Assembly (NCBI GenBank): GCA_963816145.1
Contig: CAWFJP010000014.1
Span: 448,001 to 512,000, forward strand
Direction of reading: 5' to 3'
Length of the DNA stretch: 64,000 nt
Origin: an uncultured delta proteobacterium
GTDB lineage: Bacteria > Desulfobacterota > Binatia > UBA9968
In this document: positions 29,119 to 39,250 of the stretch, in pieces
How the letters are laid out: each line of letters starts with the position of its first letter
Position numbering within the stretch: the stretch's first letter is position 1
Notes under the pieces: model-generated
The model's database searches: none
What the model saw: the letters and a program-made list of their open reading frames with translations, nothing else
Told to the model about the DNA's origin: nothing
Translations under genes and position numbers: made by a program

Positions 29119-29898
29119 CTACGTCCGCACGGGCTCGTACACTATCGCTTGTTTGACCGCGGCATCGATCTGGGTGGCCATGGGGTTCTGGATCTCTTCG
29201 GCGATATGGCCGATGGCACCCAAGGTTCGGCCGATGAGCGCGAAGGCTTTGGATATCTGCCAGGGATAGCCCATGTCCAGAGCGATGGCAGCGATGGCGC
29301 CGGTGACATTGACCGGGATCAGGCGCTTGCGCCGCTCACTGGAATGTTTCGACAGCCGCTGGATCAGCTCGCAGTATTTGCCGTAGACCTCAGTGCTGCG
29401 GGCAATGTTAAAGAGCGTCTCGGCGCGCGGGTCGCCTTCGGCGTGGGTACGGTGGCCGATGCCGGGCATGCGCTGCTTGCGCGCGGTGTAGTCGTCGATG
29501 ATCTTGGTGGCGATTTCATCATACGCCGGGTTCTTGGTATCCTGCGGTAAGGCGTCGACGAGCATTTTCGCCGACCATTCCGACGAACCCAAATGGACGC
29601 TGCCGGCGCCGCATAACGCCGCCGCCACCGCCGCTTGCATCGCTTCCGGCGCGCAGTGATAGATCAAGCGCGCCGCGATGACGTGGGAGACCATGCCATG
29701 CTCGACCAGGATGATCATCAGCGCGTCCAACATTTTCGCTTCATTGGCGGTCGGTAAACGGCCGCGCAAGATCAGCGACGTCATGTCGGTGAACGTGATG
29801 TGGCCGACCAACTCCTTATTCAGATCGTAGCCGCGCACCAGTATGCGATGCAATTCTGCTTTGCCGATGCCTGTGACTATCTTTGCTGCTTCTGCCAT
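29119..29898 (-). CDS. Citryl-CoA lyase-like protein (citrate synthase superfamily)
   Basis: VRGYDL, EHG, PGIGHR.H...DPR, PVNVTGAIA; about 260 aa. Confidence 0.88.
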   Translation of the reverse strand: MAEAAKIVTGIGKAELHRILVRGYDLNKELVGHITFTDMTSLILRGRLPTANEAKMLDALMIILVEHGMVSHVIAARLIYHCAPEAMQAAVAAALCGAGSVHLGSSEWSAKMLVDALPQDTKNPAYDEIATKIIDDYTARKQRMPGIGHRTHAEGDPRAETLFNIARSTEVYGKYCELIQRLSKHSSERRKRLIPVNVTGAIAAIALDMGYPWQISKAFALIGRTLGAIGHIAEEIQNPMATQIDAAVKQAIVYEPVRT

Positions 29899-30034
29899 TG
29901 CTAATTCCTCCGTAGATTAGATTTCGCTCGTCTGGATATAGGCCACGCGGCCTAGCAAGGTCAAACGAGCCTGGTTTATTTCCGCAGTTTTTTATGCGTA
30001 AAATGGCCGCCTGAAACGAGGGACACTAGAACCG

Positions 30035-31279
30035 ATGGCTGATTACGCAAAAGAACATTACGACTTTCCCCTGAGCAAGAAGAGCGAACATAAACCGCTC
30101 AATGGCGTGCGCGTGATCGATGCCGGCAACATGGTGGCAGCGCCGTTTGCGACGGTGTTACTCGCCGACTTCGGCGCCAATGTGATCAAGATCGAGCATC
30201 CGAAGTATGGCGACGGCCAGCGCAAGCTCGAACCGATCATGGACGGTATCCCGCTGTGGTGGAAGTCGGTGGCGCGCAACAAACGGTGCATCACCCTCGA
30301 TCTCGGCAAGCCGGAAGGCGCGGACATCTTCAAACGGCTGGTCAAAGGCACCGATGTGGTGGTCGAAAATTACCGTCCGGGCACGTTCGAGAAGTGGGGC
30401 ATCGGCTACGAGGCCATTCGCGCCATCGATCCGCGCATCATCATGCTGCGCATCTCCGGTTTCGGCCAGACCGGTCCGTATAAGAACCGCGCCGGATTCG
30501 GCCGGGTCGCCGAGGCGATGAGCGGATTGACCAACTTGATCGGTGAACCGGATGGCCCGCCAATGTCGCCGGGCTACCCGCTGGGCGACCTGATCGCCGG
30601 GATTTTCGGTTCGCTGTCGGTGATGATGGCGCTTTATCACCGCGATCTGCGCGGCGGCGAAGGCCAGATGATCGACCTTGCTTTGTACGAAGCGGTGTTC
30701 CGCTTCCTCGACTTCGACCCGATCCAATACGATCAGATGAAGACCGTCCATATGCGCACCGGCAACCGCGTCGCCTATGTCGCGCCGAGCTCGATGTTCA
30801 AGACTAAGGACGGCAAATATCTGACCCTGGCGGCGAGCACGCAGAGCGTTTGGTTGCGGCTGGCCGAAGCGATCGGACGCCAAGATATGACGACCGACCC
30901 CAAATTTATCGACAATTCGGCGCGGGTGGAAAATTCCCTGGAGTGTAACGGCATCGTCGGCGCCTGGATCGCACAACACACGCGTGATGAAGTGATCGAG
31001 CACTTCGACAAGCATGGCGTCGCCTACTCGGCGGTATTCGACATGGAAGACGCCTTCCGCGATCTCCAGTATCGCGCCCGCGAAGCGATGGTACGGGTGC
31101 CTGATCCCGATCTCGGCGAGGCGATCGTGCAAAACGTCGTGCCGAAGTTTTCCGGGACACCTGGTTCCGTCGACTTTCTCGGCCGCAAACTGGGCGAGGA
31201 TAACGAAACGATCCTCTGCGGTGAGTTGGGGCTGTCCAAGGAAAAGTTGAAAGAGCTCAAGGACAGCGGAATTGTGTGA
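30035..31279 (+). CDS. Class III CoA-transferase (CaiB/BaiF)
   Basis: LADFGANVIKIE, RNKRCITLDL, VENYRPG, SGFGQTGP, catalytic GD. Confidence 0.95.
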   Translation: MADYAKEHYDFPLSKKSEHKPLNGVRVIDAGNMVAAPFATVLLADFGANVIKIEHPKYGDGQRKLEPIMDGIPLWWKSVARNKRCITLDLGKPEGADIFKRLVKGTDVVVENYRPGTFEKWGIGYEAIRAIDPRIIMLRISGFGQTGPYKNRAGFGRVAEAMSGLTNLIGEPDGPPMSPGYPLGDLIAGIFGSLSVMMALYHRDLRGGEGQMIDLALYEAVFRFLDFDPIQYDQMKTVHMRTGNRVAYVAPSSMFKTKDGKYLTLAASTQSVWLRLAEAIGRQDMTTDPKFIDNSARVENSLECNGIVGAWIAQHTRDEVIEHFDKHGVAYSAVFDMEDAFRDLQYRAREAMVRVPDPDLGEAIVQNVVPKFSGTPGSVDFLGRKLGEDNETILCGELGLSKEKLKELKDSGIV

Positions 31280-31420
31280 ACGTTTCCCGCGAAAATTCTA
31301 TCAGGTTAACCCCGTGGAGAAAAAGGACAGATGGCTTTTACTACGAAGTGTCCATGAGCTTGCGCTCGTGTACAGAGTATGAAATTGCAGCCCCGCAGAC
31401 CACATGGTTCTTCCCTTGAT

Positions 31421-31610
31421 TCGTCATGCCGGCGCAGGCCGGCATCCAGGCGAGGGAGGGGATGGATAGTGGCTTCCGCCGGTATGACGGAAGCTCCATG
31501 CCAGTTCGTCGCCCATGATCTTATCTGCACGTGTATTTTCTTATGGAGGACACGAAGAACACGAAGGTCGGAATGCTAATTATTCGAAACCTTCGTGCTC
31601 TTCGTGGTGA
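31421..31610. repeat. Two adjacent palindromic elements (gtcatgccgg family and cacgaag family)
   Basis: cgtcatgccggcgcaggccggcatcca...gccggtatgacg; gacacgaagaacacgaagg...ccttcgtgctcttcgtggtg. Confidence 0.8.
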
Positions 31611-31739
31611 TGCCTAGATTTCTTGCCATTGTAAGCGCCACCCCTGGCGAAAAATCTTAATATGCAGTAGTGAGTTTGGAGCTGCGCTGCGATTCGTGTG
31701 AGTCGCTACACAATTTCATTTTAGGAAGGATTTTCACTC

Positions 31740-32723
31740 ATGATGACCGATCTGGCTCCGCCGCAGATTCGCGGCATGACCGGACTCGAGCTCGCCGCCG
31801 GTGTGTTCGCTAAATGTTCTGACCAGTTGGCGACGCAGTTGAAGATTACACTGACCTCCGGAGCGAAAGACACCGGGCCGCTGCCGTTTAGCATCGGCAT
31901 CAACGGCGACGTCTACGGCGGCATGCGCGCGCCGTTGGAGGTCGGCATGCGCCGCGTCGATATCGCCTACGTCAACCCTTCTGCCATGGTCTCCATGGCC
32001 TACCGTGGCAAGGGTTATTACAAGCAAAAGATGGCGCTGCGGGTATTGGGCTGTTTCCCGTCTTGGGACCGCATCGCCTTGGTGGTGTCGAAGGATCTGG
32101 GTGTGAAGTCGCTTGCCGATATCGTCCGGCGTCGAATCCCGCTGCATGTCTCGACGCGCTTGTCCGGTGTCGACAATGGAACTTATTTTACCATCGCGAC
32201 GATTCTGGGTTTCTACGGATTCTCTTTCGGGCAAATCAAGAAATGGGGCGGGCGCGTCCAAGAATGTACGAGGCCATTTGCCCAGGAACGGATGAGTGCG
32301 ATCAAGAAACGGTCGCTGACGGCGATCTTCGACGAAGGTGTGAGCACCACCGGCGGCTGGTTGGATCTCGCGCTGGACAACGGTTATGAAATCATTCCCA
32401 TCGAAGGGCCGATCGTCAAAAAGCTCGAGTCGATGGGTTACAGCCGTGCGCTACTGCCGAAGAAGCGCTACAGGCAGTTGAAACAAGACGCGCTAACCAT
32501 CGACTATAGCGGCTGGGCATTGGTGACGCATAAATGGCTGCCCAACCGGATCGCCTACGCTGCCATCGAGACCATCGACGAACGCAAAAAAGTTATTCCG
32601 GTCGACGACGACCGGCCGCTCAACATGAAAAATCTCTGCCACAGCACGGAAAAGTGTCCGCTGCGCGTGCCGCTCCATCCGGGGGCGGCGCAGTATTATC
32701 GGAAGAAGGGATATCTGGAATAA
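31740..32723 (+). CDS. TAXI-family TRAP solute-binding-like protein without a signal peptide
   Basis: VKSLADI and C-terminal VPLHPGAAQYYRKKGYL typical of TAXI; RBS AGGAAGG. Confidence 0.75.
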   Translation: MMTDLAPPQIRGMTGLELAAGVFAKCSDQLATQLKITLTSGAKDTGPLPFSIGINGDVYGGMRAPLEVGMRRVDIAYVNPSAMVSMAYRGKGYYKQKMALRVLGCFPSWDRIALVVSKDLGVKSLADIVRRRIPLHVSTRLSGVDNGTYFTIATILGFYGFSFGQIKKWGGRVQECTRPFAQERMSAIKKRSLTAIFDEGVSTTGGWLDLALDNGYEIIPIEGPIVKKLESMGYSRALLPKKRYRQLKQDALTIDYSGWALVTHKWLPNRIAYAAIETIDERKKVIPVDDDRPLNMKNLCHSTEKCPLRVPLHPGAAQYYRKKGYLE

Positions 32724-32725
32724 GG

Positions 32726-32815
32726 GCGAAGTAGGAAGGATGAAGGATGAATCGAAAACCGCAATGAACGGGGTTCACTTCATTCTTCCGCCTTCATCCT
32801 TCATGCTTTCTTTCA
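32726..32815. repeat. Inverted 7-bp-periodic array (ggatgaa ... ttcatcc)
   Basis: gaaggatgaaggatgaa ... ttcattcttccgccttcatccttcat. Confidence 0.75.
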
Positions 32816-32827
32816 TTAGGAGATTCT

Positions 32828-35053
32828 ATGAGTTACCAAGTAGTCGGCCACTCGATTCCGCGCACGGATAATACCGCCAAGGTTACCGGCGATGCGCGTT
32901 ACACTTCGGATGTGTTGTTGCCGGGGACGCTGTGGGCGAAAACATTGCGCAGTCCCCATGCCCATGCGCGCATCCAGCGCGTCGACACGTCGCGCGCGGA
33001 GAAAGCGCCGGGGGTGCGGGCGATCCTTACGGGAAATGACGTGCGCGGCATTCTCTACGGCCGGCGCTACCGGGATATTTCCGTCCTGGCCCAGGACAAA
33101 GTGCGCTTCATGGGCGAGCGGGTTGCGGCGGTGGCGGCGGACTCGCTCGAACAGGCCGAAGCCGCATTGGAATTGATCGAGGTTCAGTACCAAGAACTGC
33201 CGGCGGTGTTCGACGTGGTCGCAGCGACGCAGGACGGCGCGCCGCTGATACACCCGGACGTGAACAGCTACAAGGGATTGCCCAAGCAGTTCGACAAGCC
33301 GACCAACGCGTTTGTCCAGGATGTGTTCACGCGCGGCGATGTCGCGAACGGCTTTGCCCAGGCCGACGTCATCGTCGAGAACACCTACAGCGTGCCGCGG
33401 GTGCATCAGGGATTTCTCGAACCCCATTGCTGTTTGGTGTGGATCGATGAGCAGGAGCGCATTCAGATATGGTCGCCGTGCAAAGTGCCCCAGGGGTTGA
33501 AGTCGAGCATGGCGGCGGCCTTCGATATCCCCAAGGAAAAAATTCGCGTCAATCCGGTAGCCATCGGCGGCGATTTCGGCGGCAAGGGCGCGCCCTTCGA
33601 TGAGCCGATCGCGTATTTGCTGGCGTTGCGCACTGGCCGGCCGGTGAAGATGGTGATGGAATACCGCGAAGAGTTCATCGCCGGCGCGCCGCGCCATGCC
33701 GGCGTAATGCGTTTGAAGACCGGCGTCAAGCACGACGGCACCATGGTCGCCCATGAGATGGAAGCGTTTCTCGATGCCGGCGCTTACGGCGGCTTTCGTC
33801 CCGGCGCGGTGATCGGCGGCGTCGCTCACGCGGGCGGCTGTTATCGCGCCGCCCATGCGCGCATTTCGGTTTCGCGCGTCTACACCAACAATATCCCCGG
33901 TGGCCAGTTCCGCGCGCCGGGCGAACCCCAGGGCGTGTTTGCGGCGGAGTCGCATATCGATTGCGTCGCGCGCAAGGTCGGCATGGACCCGGCGGCGTTT
34001 CGCCTGAAGAATTTGATGGTGGAAGGTGACGAGACGCTGACGGGCAGCCACTATAAAGACATCAAGGCGAAGGAGACGTTGGCTGCGGCGCTAAAAGCGT
34101 CGGGTTACAACGGACCGAAAGCCAAGAACGTCGGACGCGGTGTGGCGATGGGCTATCGCGGTCCCGGCGGCGGTAACACGGCGATGCAGATTTCCCTCGA
34201 ACCGGACGGCGCCGTTGTGATTCACACCGGTCTGTTCGAACAGGGTACGGGAACCTACACGACGATCCGGCAAATCGCGGCCGAAGAGCTGCGTTGCCAG
34301 CCGGAAACTATTCGCATCGATACTGTCGACACCGATCTTGGCGTATCTTTCGACTCCGGCATCGGCGGCAGCCGCGGTACGCGCGTCGCCAGCAGTGCGG
34401 CCTACACCGCCGCCTGCGACGCGCGGGAGAAACTGCTGGTGCTCGCCGAGAAATTGCTCGGCTGGCCGAAGGCGGAGATCGCTCTCGAAGGCGGTGCGCT
34501 GATTCACAAGACGACTAAGAAACGGCAGCGCTGGGACGAACTGCTCAAGCGCGTCGGTCGGTCGATCAGCGGTGAAGCGGTGACTCGCGATGACGGTCAT
34601 TCGCCGGTGACCGCATTTGCCGCCCAGGTCGCCGAGGTTGCCGTCGATCCGGCTACCGGAGAAGTTACGTTGCGCAAACTGACTACCGCCCATGATACCG
34701 GCGTGATCATGAACCCGGTGGGCCATCAAGGACAAATCGATGGCGGCGTCGTCCAAGGCGTCGGCTACGGGATGATCGAATACCTGCCGGTGCAAGACGG
34801 CAAAGTCGAAGTGGCAAACTTTGGCGAATACAAACTTCCCAATATCTGCGATATTCCACCGCTAAAAACCGTGATCGTCGAGAGCGACAGCGGTGTCGGC
34901 CCGTACAAAGTCAAAGGCATCGGCGAGAATCCGATCTCGCCCGTGGCACCGGCGATTGCTAACGCAATCGAGGACGCGGTGGGCGTGCGCATTCGCGATC
35001 TGCCGATCACGGCGGAGAAAGTCTATCAAGCATTGAGAGAGAAAAGTTCGTAA
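32828..35053 (+). CDS. Xanthine dehydrogenase-family molybdopterin-binding (large) subunit
   Basis: LRSPHAHA, IGGDFGGK, FRAPG, EQGTG, GQIDGGVVQG, KGIGE. Confidence 0.93.
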   Translation: MSYQVVGHSIPRTDNTAKVTGDARYTSDVLLPGTLWAKTLRSPHAHARIQRVDTSRAEKAPGVRAILTGNDVRGILYGRRYRDISVLAQDKVRFMGERVAAVAADSLEQAEAALELIEVQYQELPAVFDVVAATQDGAPLIHPDVNSYKGLPKQFDKPTNAFVQDVFTRGDVANGFAQADVIVENTYSVPRVHQGFLEPHCCLVWIDEQERIQIWSPCKVPQGLKSSMAAAFDIPKEKIRVNPVAIGGDFGGKGAPFDEPIAYLLALRTGRPVKMVMEYREEFIAGAPRHAGVMRLKTGVKHDGTMVAHEMEAFLDAGAYGGFRPGAVIGGVAHAGGCYRAAHARISVSRVYTNNIPGGQFRAPGEPQGVFAAESHIDCVARKVGMDPAAFRLKNLMVEGDETLTGSHYKDIKAKETLAAALKASGYNGPKAKNVGRGVAMGYRGPGGGNTAMQISLEPDGAVVIHTGLFEQGTGTYTTIRQIAAEELRCQPETIRIDTVDTDLGVSFDSGIGGSRGTRVASSAAYTAACDAREKLLVLAEKLLGWPKAEIALEGGALIHKTTKKRQRWDELLKRVGRSISGEAVTRDDGHSPVTAFAAQVAEVAVDPATGEVTLRKLTTAHDTGVIMNPVGHQGQIDGGVVQGVGYGMIEYLPVQDGKVEVANFGEYKLPNICDIPPLKTVIVESDSGVGPYKVKGIGENPISPVAPAIANAIEDAVGVRIRDLPITAEKVYQALREKSS

Positions 35054-35123
35054 AGGGTGAAGGGTAAGGGGTGAGGGGGGGGCGGAATCCAGACGCCTTA
35101 CGCCTCACCCTTTACCCCTTACG
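35050..35123. repeat. Inverted 7-bp-periodic array (gt(a/g)aggg ... ccct(t/c)ac)
   Basis: gtaaagggtgaagggtaaggggtgaggg ... ccttacgcctcaccctttaccccttac. Confidence 0.8.
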
Positions 35124-35143
35124 TTCTTTTTCGGGAGGAAAAA

Positions 35144-36568
35144 ATGCCGTTCGAATCGATGGATGATTTTATCAAGGCGGCGGATCAGGTCGGCGAAGTG
35201 CTGCATGTCGACGGCGCCGATCTAGAACTTGATGTCGGCGGCTTGACCGAACTGACGGCGGAGAAGAGCGGTCCTATGGTGGTCTTCGACAAGTTCGCCG
35301 GTTTCCCGACGGGCTTTCGTGTCGCCGCCAATGCCAACCGCACGTTGCGCCGGTTTGCCCTGGCGATGGATTTGCCGCTCGACATTCATCCACTGGAGTT
35401 GTTGCGCCGCTGGCGCGACAAGCGCGCCGATTCCAAGCCGATTCCAGCGCGAGTCGTCAGAGACGGACCCGTGCTGGCCAACGTCGAGCAAGGCGATGCC
35501 GTTGACATCGAAAAGTTTCCCGCGCCGCGCTGGCATCCCGGCGACGGCGGCCGCTACATCGGCACCCAGGACATGGTCATCGTGCGCGATCCCGAACAGG
35601 GTTGGGTCAACATGGGTTGTTACCGCGCGATGGTGCAGCGCCGTGATCGCGTCACTCTATGGATCAATCCACAGAAGCATGGCCGCATCCTCGCGCAAAA
35701 ATATTGGCGCGACGGCAAGGCCGCGCCGGTTGCCGTCGTGTTCGGCTGCGAGCCGGTGACTTGGATGACGGCGTCGATGTCGCCGCCGTTCGGCACTTCG
35801 GAGTACGAACTCGCCGGCGCCTATCGCGGCAGTCCGGTGGACGTGGTCGAGTTGCCGCTGACGAAATTGCCCGTGCCGGCGCACGCCGAGATCGTCATCG
35901 AAGGCGAGATTCCGCCGGAGAGCGAAGAGACCGCGATTGAAGGGCCGTTCGGCGAATGGCCGGGTTATTACACGCACCAGGGACCGGAAGCGGTCGTGCG
36001 CATCAAGCGCATTTACTACCGCGACAATCCGATCATCGCCGGCGCGCCGCCGCTCCGGCCGATCAACTGGAGCAATTTCACCAACTATGTCCACCTGTGG
36101 GAGCATCTCGAACGCTCCGGCATCACCGACATCAACGGTGTCTGGGGCTTTTACAACGGCCTGCTCACGGTAGTATCGCTCAAGCAACGTTACGCCGGTC
36201 ATGCCAAGCAAGCACTGATCACCGCCGCGGGCTTTCGCCACGGTGACATGAAGACCTACTACGTCACGGTCGACGACGACATCGATCCGACCAATCAGGA
36301 AGAAGTCCTTTGGGCCATGTGCACCCGCGTCGATCCGACGACTTCGGTCGATGTCTTGCGCGATGCCTGGACCGCCGACCTCGACCCGCGCGTGTCGCCG
36401 GCGCGCCGCGCCCAGGGCGATCTGACCGTCGGCCGCATGCTCATCAACGCCTGCAAGCCGTTCGCCTGGCGCGATCAATTCGCCAAAACCAATGTGTTTG
36501 GCGCTGACGATCGCCAGAAGCTGCAAGCGAAGTGGGGCGATTTGTTGGCGAAGATGGGAACGAAATAA
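35144..36568 (+). CDS. UbiD-family prFMN-dependent (de)carboxylase
   Basis: DGGRYI, NMGCYR, EGPFGEWPGYY, VDDDIDP. Confidence 0.93.
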   Translation: MPFESMDDFIKAADQVGEVLHVDGADLELDVGGLTELTAEKSGPMVVFDKFAGFPTGFRVAANANRTLRRFALAMDLPLDIHPLELLRRWRDKRADSKPIPARVVRDGPVLANVEQGDAVDIEKFPAPRWHPGDGGRYIGTQDMVIVRDPEQGWVNMGCYRAMVQRRDRVTLWINPQKHGRILAQKYWRDGKAAPVAVVFGCEPVTWMTASMSPPFGTSEYELAGAYRGSPVDVVELPLTKLPVPAHAEIVIEGEIPPESEETAIEGPFGEWPGYYTHQGPEAVVRIKRIYYRDNPIIAGAPPLRPINWSNFTNYVHLWEHLERSGITDINGVWGFYNGLLTVVSLKQRYAGHAKQALITAAGFRHGDMKTYYVTVDDDIDPTNQEEVLWAMCTRVDPTTSVDVLRDAWTADLDPRVSPARRAQGDLTVGRMLINACKPFAWRDQFAKTNVFGADDRQKLQAKWGDLLAKMGTK

Positions 36569-36840
36569 GAGGCGAATTTTTCACCACGACGGCAAGAAGG
36601 ACACGAAGTTCGAAAAATGACGTAAAACGGAATTCGGCATCGCGCTTCGCTTCATTCGGGCTAGGGACACTGCATTCATGCGTCTCGCGTTTATCTCTCA
36701 TTCATAAAATCCTGCCATACTCTGATTCCCCTGCTTTAACCAGGCAGCCGGCTGTAATATAAAGATCGAATCGGTAGAACTCATTTGCTGGCTAATTGAG
36801 TCCGGCACGTTGCTTTCAATTCAGCTTTTCTGGAGGAACG

Positions 36841-37989
36841 ATGGAGATCAAACATAAACTTATCAGCGCCGATTCCCATGCCGGGTTCGACCGCGACGAC
36901 TTCACCAAGCGCATGTCCGCGAGTAAGTGGGGCGACAAAATTCCGCAGATCGTCGAGACCAAAGAGAACGGCAAGCGGATCGATCGCTGGACCGTGTATG
37001 GCGAGGTGCGCCACGGCGATGTGGCGAATTGTCCGGTTCTGATGGGCGATCCGTTTCCGACTTATCCGCAACTCTACGAAGCGATTCCCAAGGCGTACCA
37101 CGATCCGCAGGCGCGCATGGCGATGCTCGACGCCGATGGGGTCGACGCCGAGGTGCTGTTTCCCAACCCGCCGGGCGGAACGTTTTTCGAGCCCGGCGAT
37201 GTCGAATACGAGTTGGACGTGGTGCGCGCTTACAACGACATCCTCGCCGAGTGGAAACGGGTCAGCGACCGTTACGTGCCTCTGGCGATCGTGCCGTATT
37301 TGAGCGCGCCGGAGGTGATCAAAAAAGAACTCGAACGCGCTGCGGCGGCGGGCCATCGCGGCGTCAATCTCATGGGGCAGATGCCCAAAGGGCTGCCGCA
37401 TATCACCGAACCGTACTGGAATCCGCTTTGGGAGGTTTGCCAGGCGTTGGAACTGCCGATTCATTTTCATGGCTCGGCGGGACTGAGCGCGGGCGCCTCG
37501 GTGCGCAAGTGGAGCGGCTATTCGCCGCGCCAGGCTCACTCGGCGCAGACCGCGACCTCGGCGGTGACGCCGGCGCAGATCGTGCCGCAATTTATTTTCT
37601 CCGGGATCACCGAAAAGTTTCCCGGTTTGATCAGCGTATTTCCTGAGGCTGGTGTCGGCAGTCTGAACTATGTCATCGCAACTTGCGATCACGAATGGGA
37701 AAGCCGCCACCTGTGGACCGAAGGCATAATCACGCGGCCGAGCGAGATCGTACGCCGGCAGATGTACGTGAATTTTTGGTTCGAAGCCGAAGGCATCAAG
37801 CTGCGCGATGACATCGGCGTCGACAACATCATGTGGGAGTCGGACTTCCCCCATGTGGCGTCGTACTACCCGCATTCGTGGCGCGAGGTCGAGCGCGTGC
37901 TCACCGGCGTGCCGGAGGCGGACCGGCGCAAGATGCAATATGAAAACGCCGTGCGGCTGTACAAGATCGACGCGGTGTTGCCGGCTTGA
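36841..37989 (+). CDS. Amidohydrolase_2 family protein
   Basis: ISADSH, DADGVDAEVLFP, IHFH, WESDFPH; RBS GGAGG. Confidence 0.9.
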   Translation: MEIKHKLISADSHAGFDRDDFTKRMSASKWGDKIPQIVETKENGKRIDRWTVYGEVRHGDVANCPVLMGDPFPTYPQLYEAIPKAYHDPQARMAMLDADGVDAEVLFPNPPGGTFFEPGDVEYELDVVRAYNDILAEWKRVSDRYVPLAIVPYLSAPEVIKKELERAAAAGHRGVNLMGQMPKGLPHITEPYWNPLWEVCQALELPIHFHGSAGLSAGASVRKWSGYSPRQAHSAQTATSAVTPAQIVPQFIFSGITEKFPGLISVFPEAGVGSLNYVIATCDHEWESRHLWTEGIITRPSEIVRRQMYVNFWFEAEGIKLRDDIGVDNIMWESDFPHVASYYPHSWREVERVLTGVPEADRRKMQYENAVRLYKIDAVLPA

Positions 37990-38020
37990 GTGTCCTAGCG
38001 CTTGAGGAGAGGAACTGATC

Positions 38021-38101
38021 TCACCACGAAGACACGAAGGACACGAAGGGTTCGGAGAAATATTATTCCGAACTTCGTGCTCTTCGTGTCCTTCGTGGTG
38101 A
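38021..38101. repeat. cacgaag-periodic long hairpin
   Basis: tcaccacgaagacacgaaggacacgaagggttcgga ... tccgaacttcgtgctcttcgtgtccttcgtggtga; a half copy lies at 36581-36610. Confidence 0.9.
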
Positions 38102-38125
38102 ACCGTGTTAGGGAGGAACATTTGC

Positions 38126-39250
38126 ATGCAATTGAAGTTTGGCTTTATCAGCGTCGACGATCATGTGCAGGAGACGCCCGATCTGTGGACCAGCCGGGTC
38201 GCGAAAAAGTTCGCCGACCGCGTGCCGCAGTTGGTAACTGCAAAGGATGGCAGCCAGCAGTGGTTCGTCGATGGCCAGATGCTCCTCGACGGCCGCACCG
38301 CCCGGGTCGGCGCGTTGATGGCGGACCGCAATGAAGATCCCAAACGCTGGGCCGATGTGCCGGCGCCGGCGTATATGCCAACGGAGCGATTGAAGGCGAT
38401 GGACTCGGCCGGCATCGACTACTCGGTTCTTTATCCGACAGTGGCTGGCCTAGCCGGGGATACCTTCGGCCGCCTGCAAGACTCGGAGTTGGAAATCGCC
38501 TGTGTGCGGGCTTACAACGATTGGCTGATCGACGAATGGGCGGGCGCCAGCGACCGTTTCATACCCCAGTGTCTGGTGCCAATCTGGCCCATCGACGCGG
38601 CGGTCGCCGAAATCAAGCGCGCGGTAGGGCGCGGCCATCGCGGCGTGATCCTGCCGTCCTTGCCCATGCACCTGCGCGAGGTGCCGCATATCAGCGGACC
38701 CGAGTATGACCCGCTCTGGTCGGTGTGCGAGGAGCTGGGCGTGCCGATCTGCCTCCACGCCGGCGGTTCGCCGGAACTACAGTCGCCCTTGCCGCCAAAT
38801 ATGAAACCGGCGCTGGCCGCCGCAGTGGATGCTTCGACCAAACCGGTGTCGAGCGTGTTCGTGATTTCGCTTTACTCCTTTTCGCGCATCTTGCTGCGCC
38901 ACCCGAAGTTGCGCTTGGTTCTGGCCGAAAGCGCACTCAGCTGGGGCATGCTCTATTTGGAATGGGCCGATCACCAGTTCGAACATGATGGTCTCGTCCG
39001 CGAGGGTTACGATCTCACGCCGTTGCAAATGTTCAAGCGCCAATGTTTCTTCAACGCTTGGTACGATCCGGTCGCGCCGTTCACCGACTACATCGGCGCC
39101 GATCACATCCTCTGGTCGGCCAATCTACCGCTGGCGAATTCGACTTGGCCGCGCACTCAGGAAACAATCGGTCATTGTTTCAAAGGCGTATCGGCCGACG
39201 CACGCGAACGAGTGTTGTGGAAAAATGCGGCTGAGCTTTATCGGCTGTAG
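38126..39250 (+). CDS. Amidohydrolase_2 family protein (Asp-to-Asn at strand 8)
   Basis: ISVDDH, ICLH, WSANLP; RBS GGGAGG. Confidence 0.88.
   Translation: MQLKFGFISVDDHVQETPDLWTSRVAKKFADRVPQLVTAKDGSQQWFVDGQMLLDGRTARVGALMADRNEDPKRWADVPAPAYMPTERLKAMDSAGIDYSVLYPTVAGLAGDTFGRLQDSELEIACVRAYNDWLIDEWAGASDRFIPQCLVPIWPIDAAVAEIKRAVGRGHRGVILPSLPMHLREVPHISGPEYDPLWSVCEELGVPICLHAGGSPELQSPLPPNMKPALAAAVDASTKPVSSVFVISLYSFSRILLRHPKLRLVLAESALSWGMLYLEWADHQFEHDGLVREGYDLTPLQMFKRQCFFNAWYDPVAPFTDYIGADHILWSANLPLANSTWPRTQETIGHCFKGVSADARERVLWKNAAELYRL

Noticed and set aside
32828-35053. Aerobic CO dehydrogenase CoxL
   Set aside because: The active-site loop reads GGQFRAPG, not AYxCSFR or AYxGAGR, and coxM/coxS are absent
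36781-38127. Long antisense ORFs (448 aa here; also 32816..34051, 30158..31132, 35657..36526)
   Set aside because: Shadow frames of well-supported genes in GC-rich DNA, with no recognisable motifs
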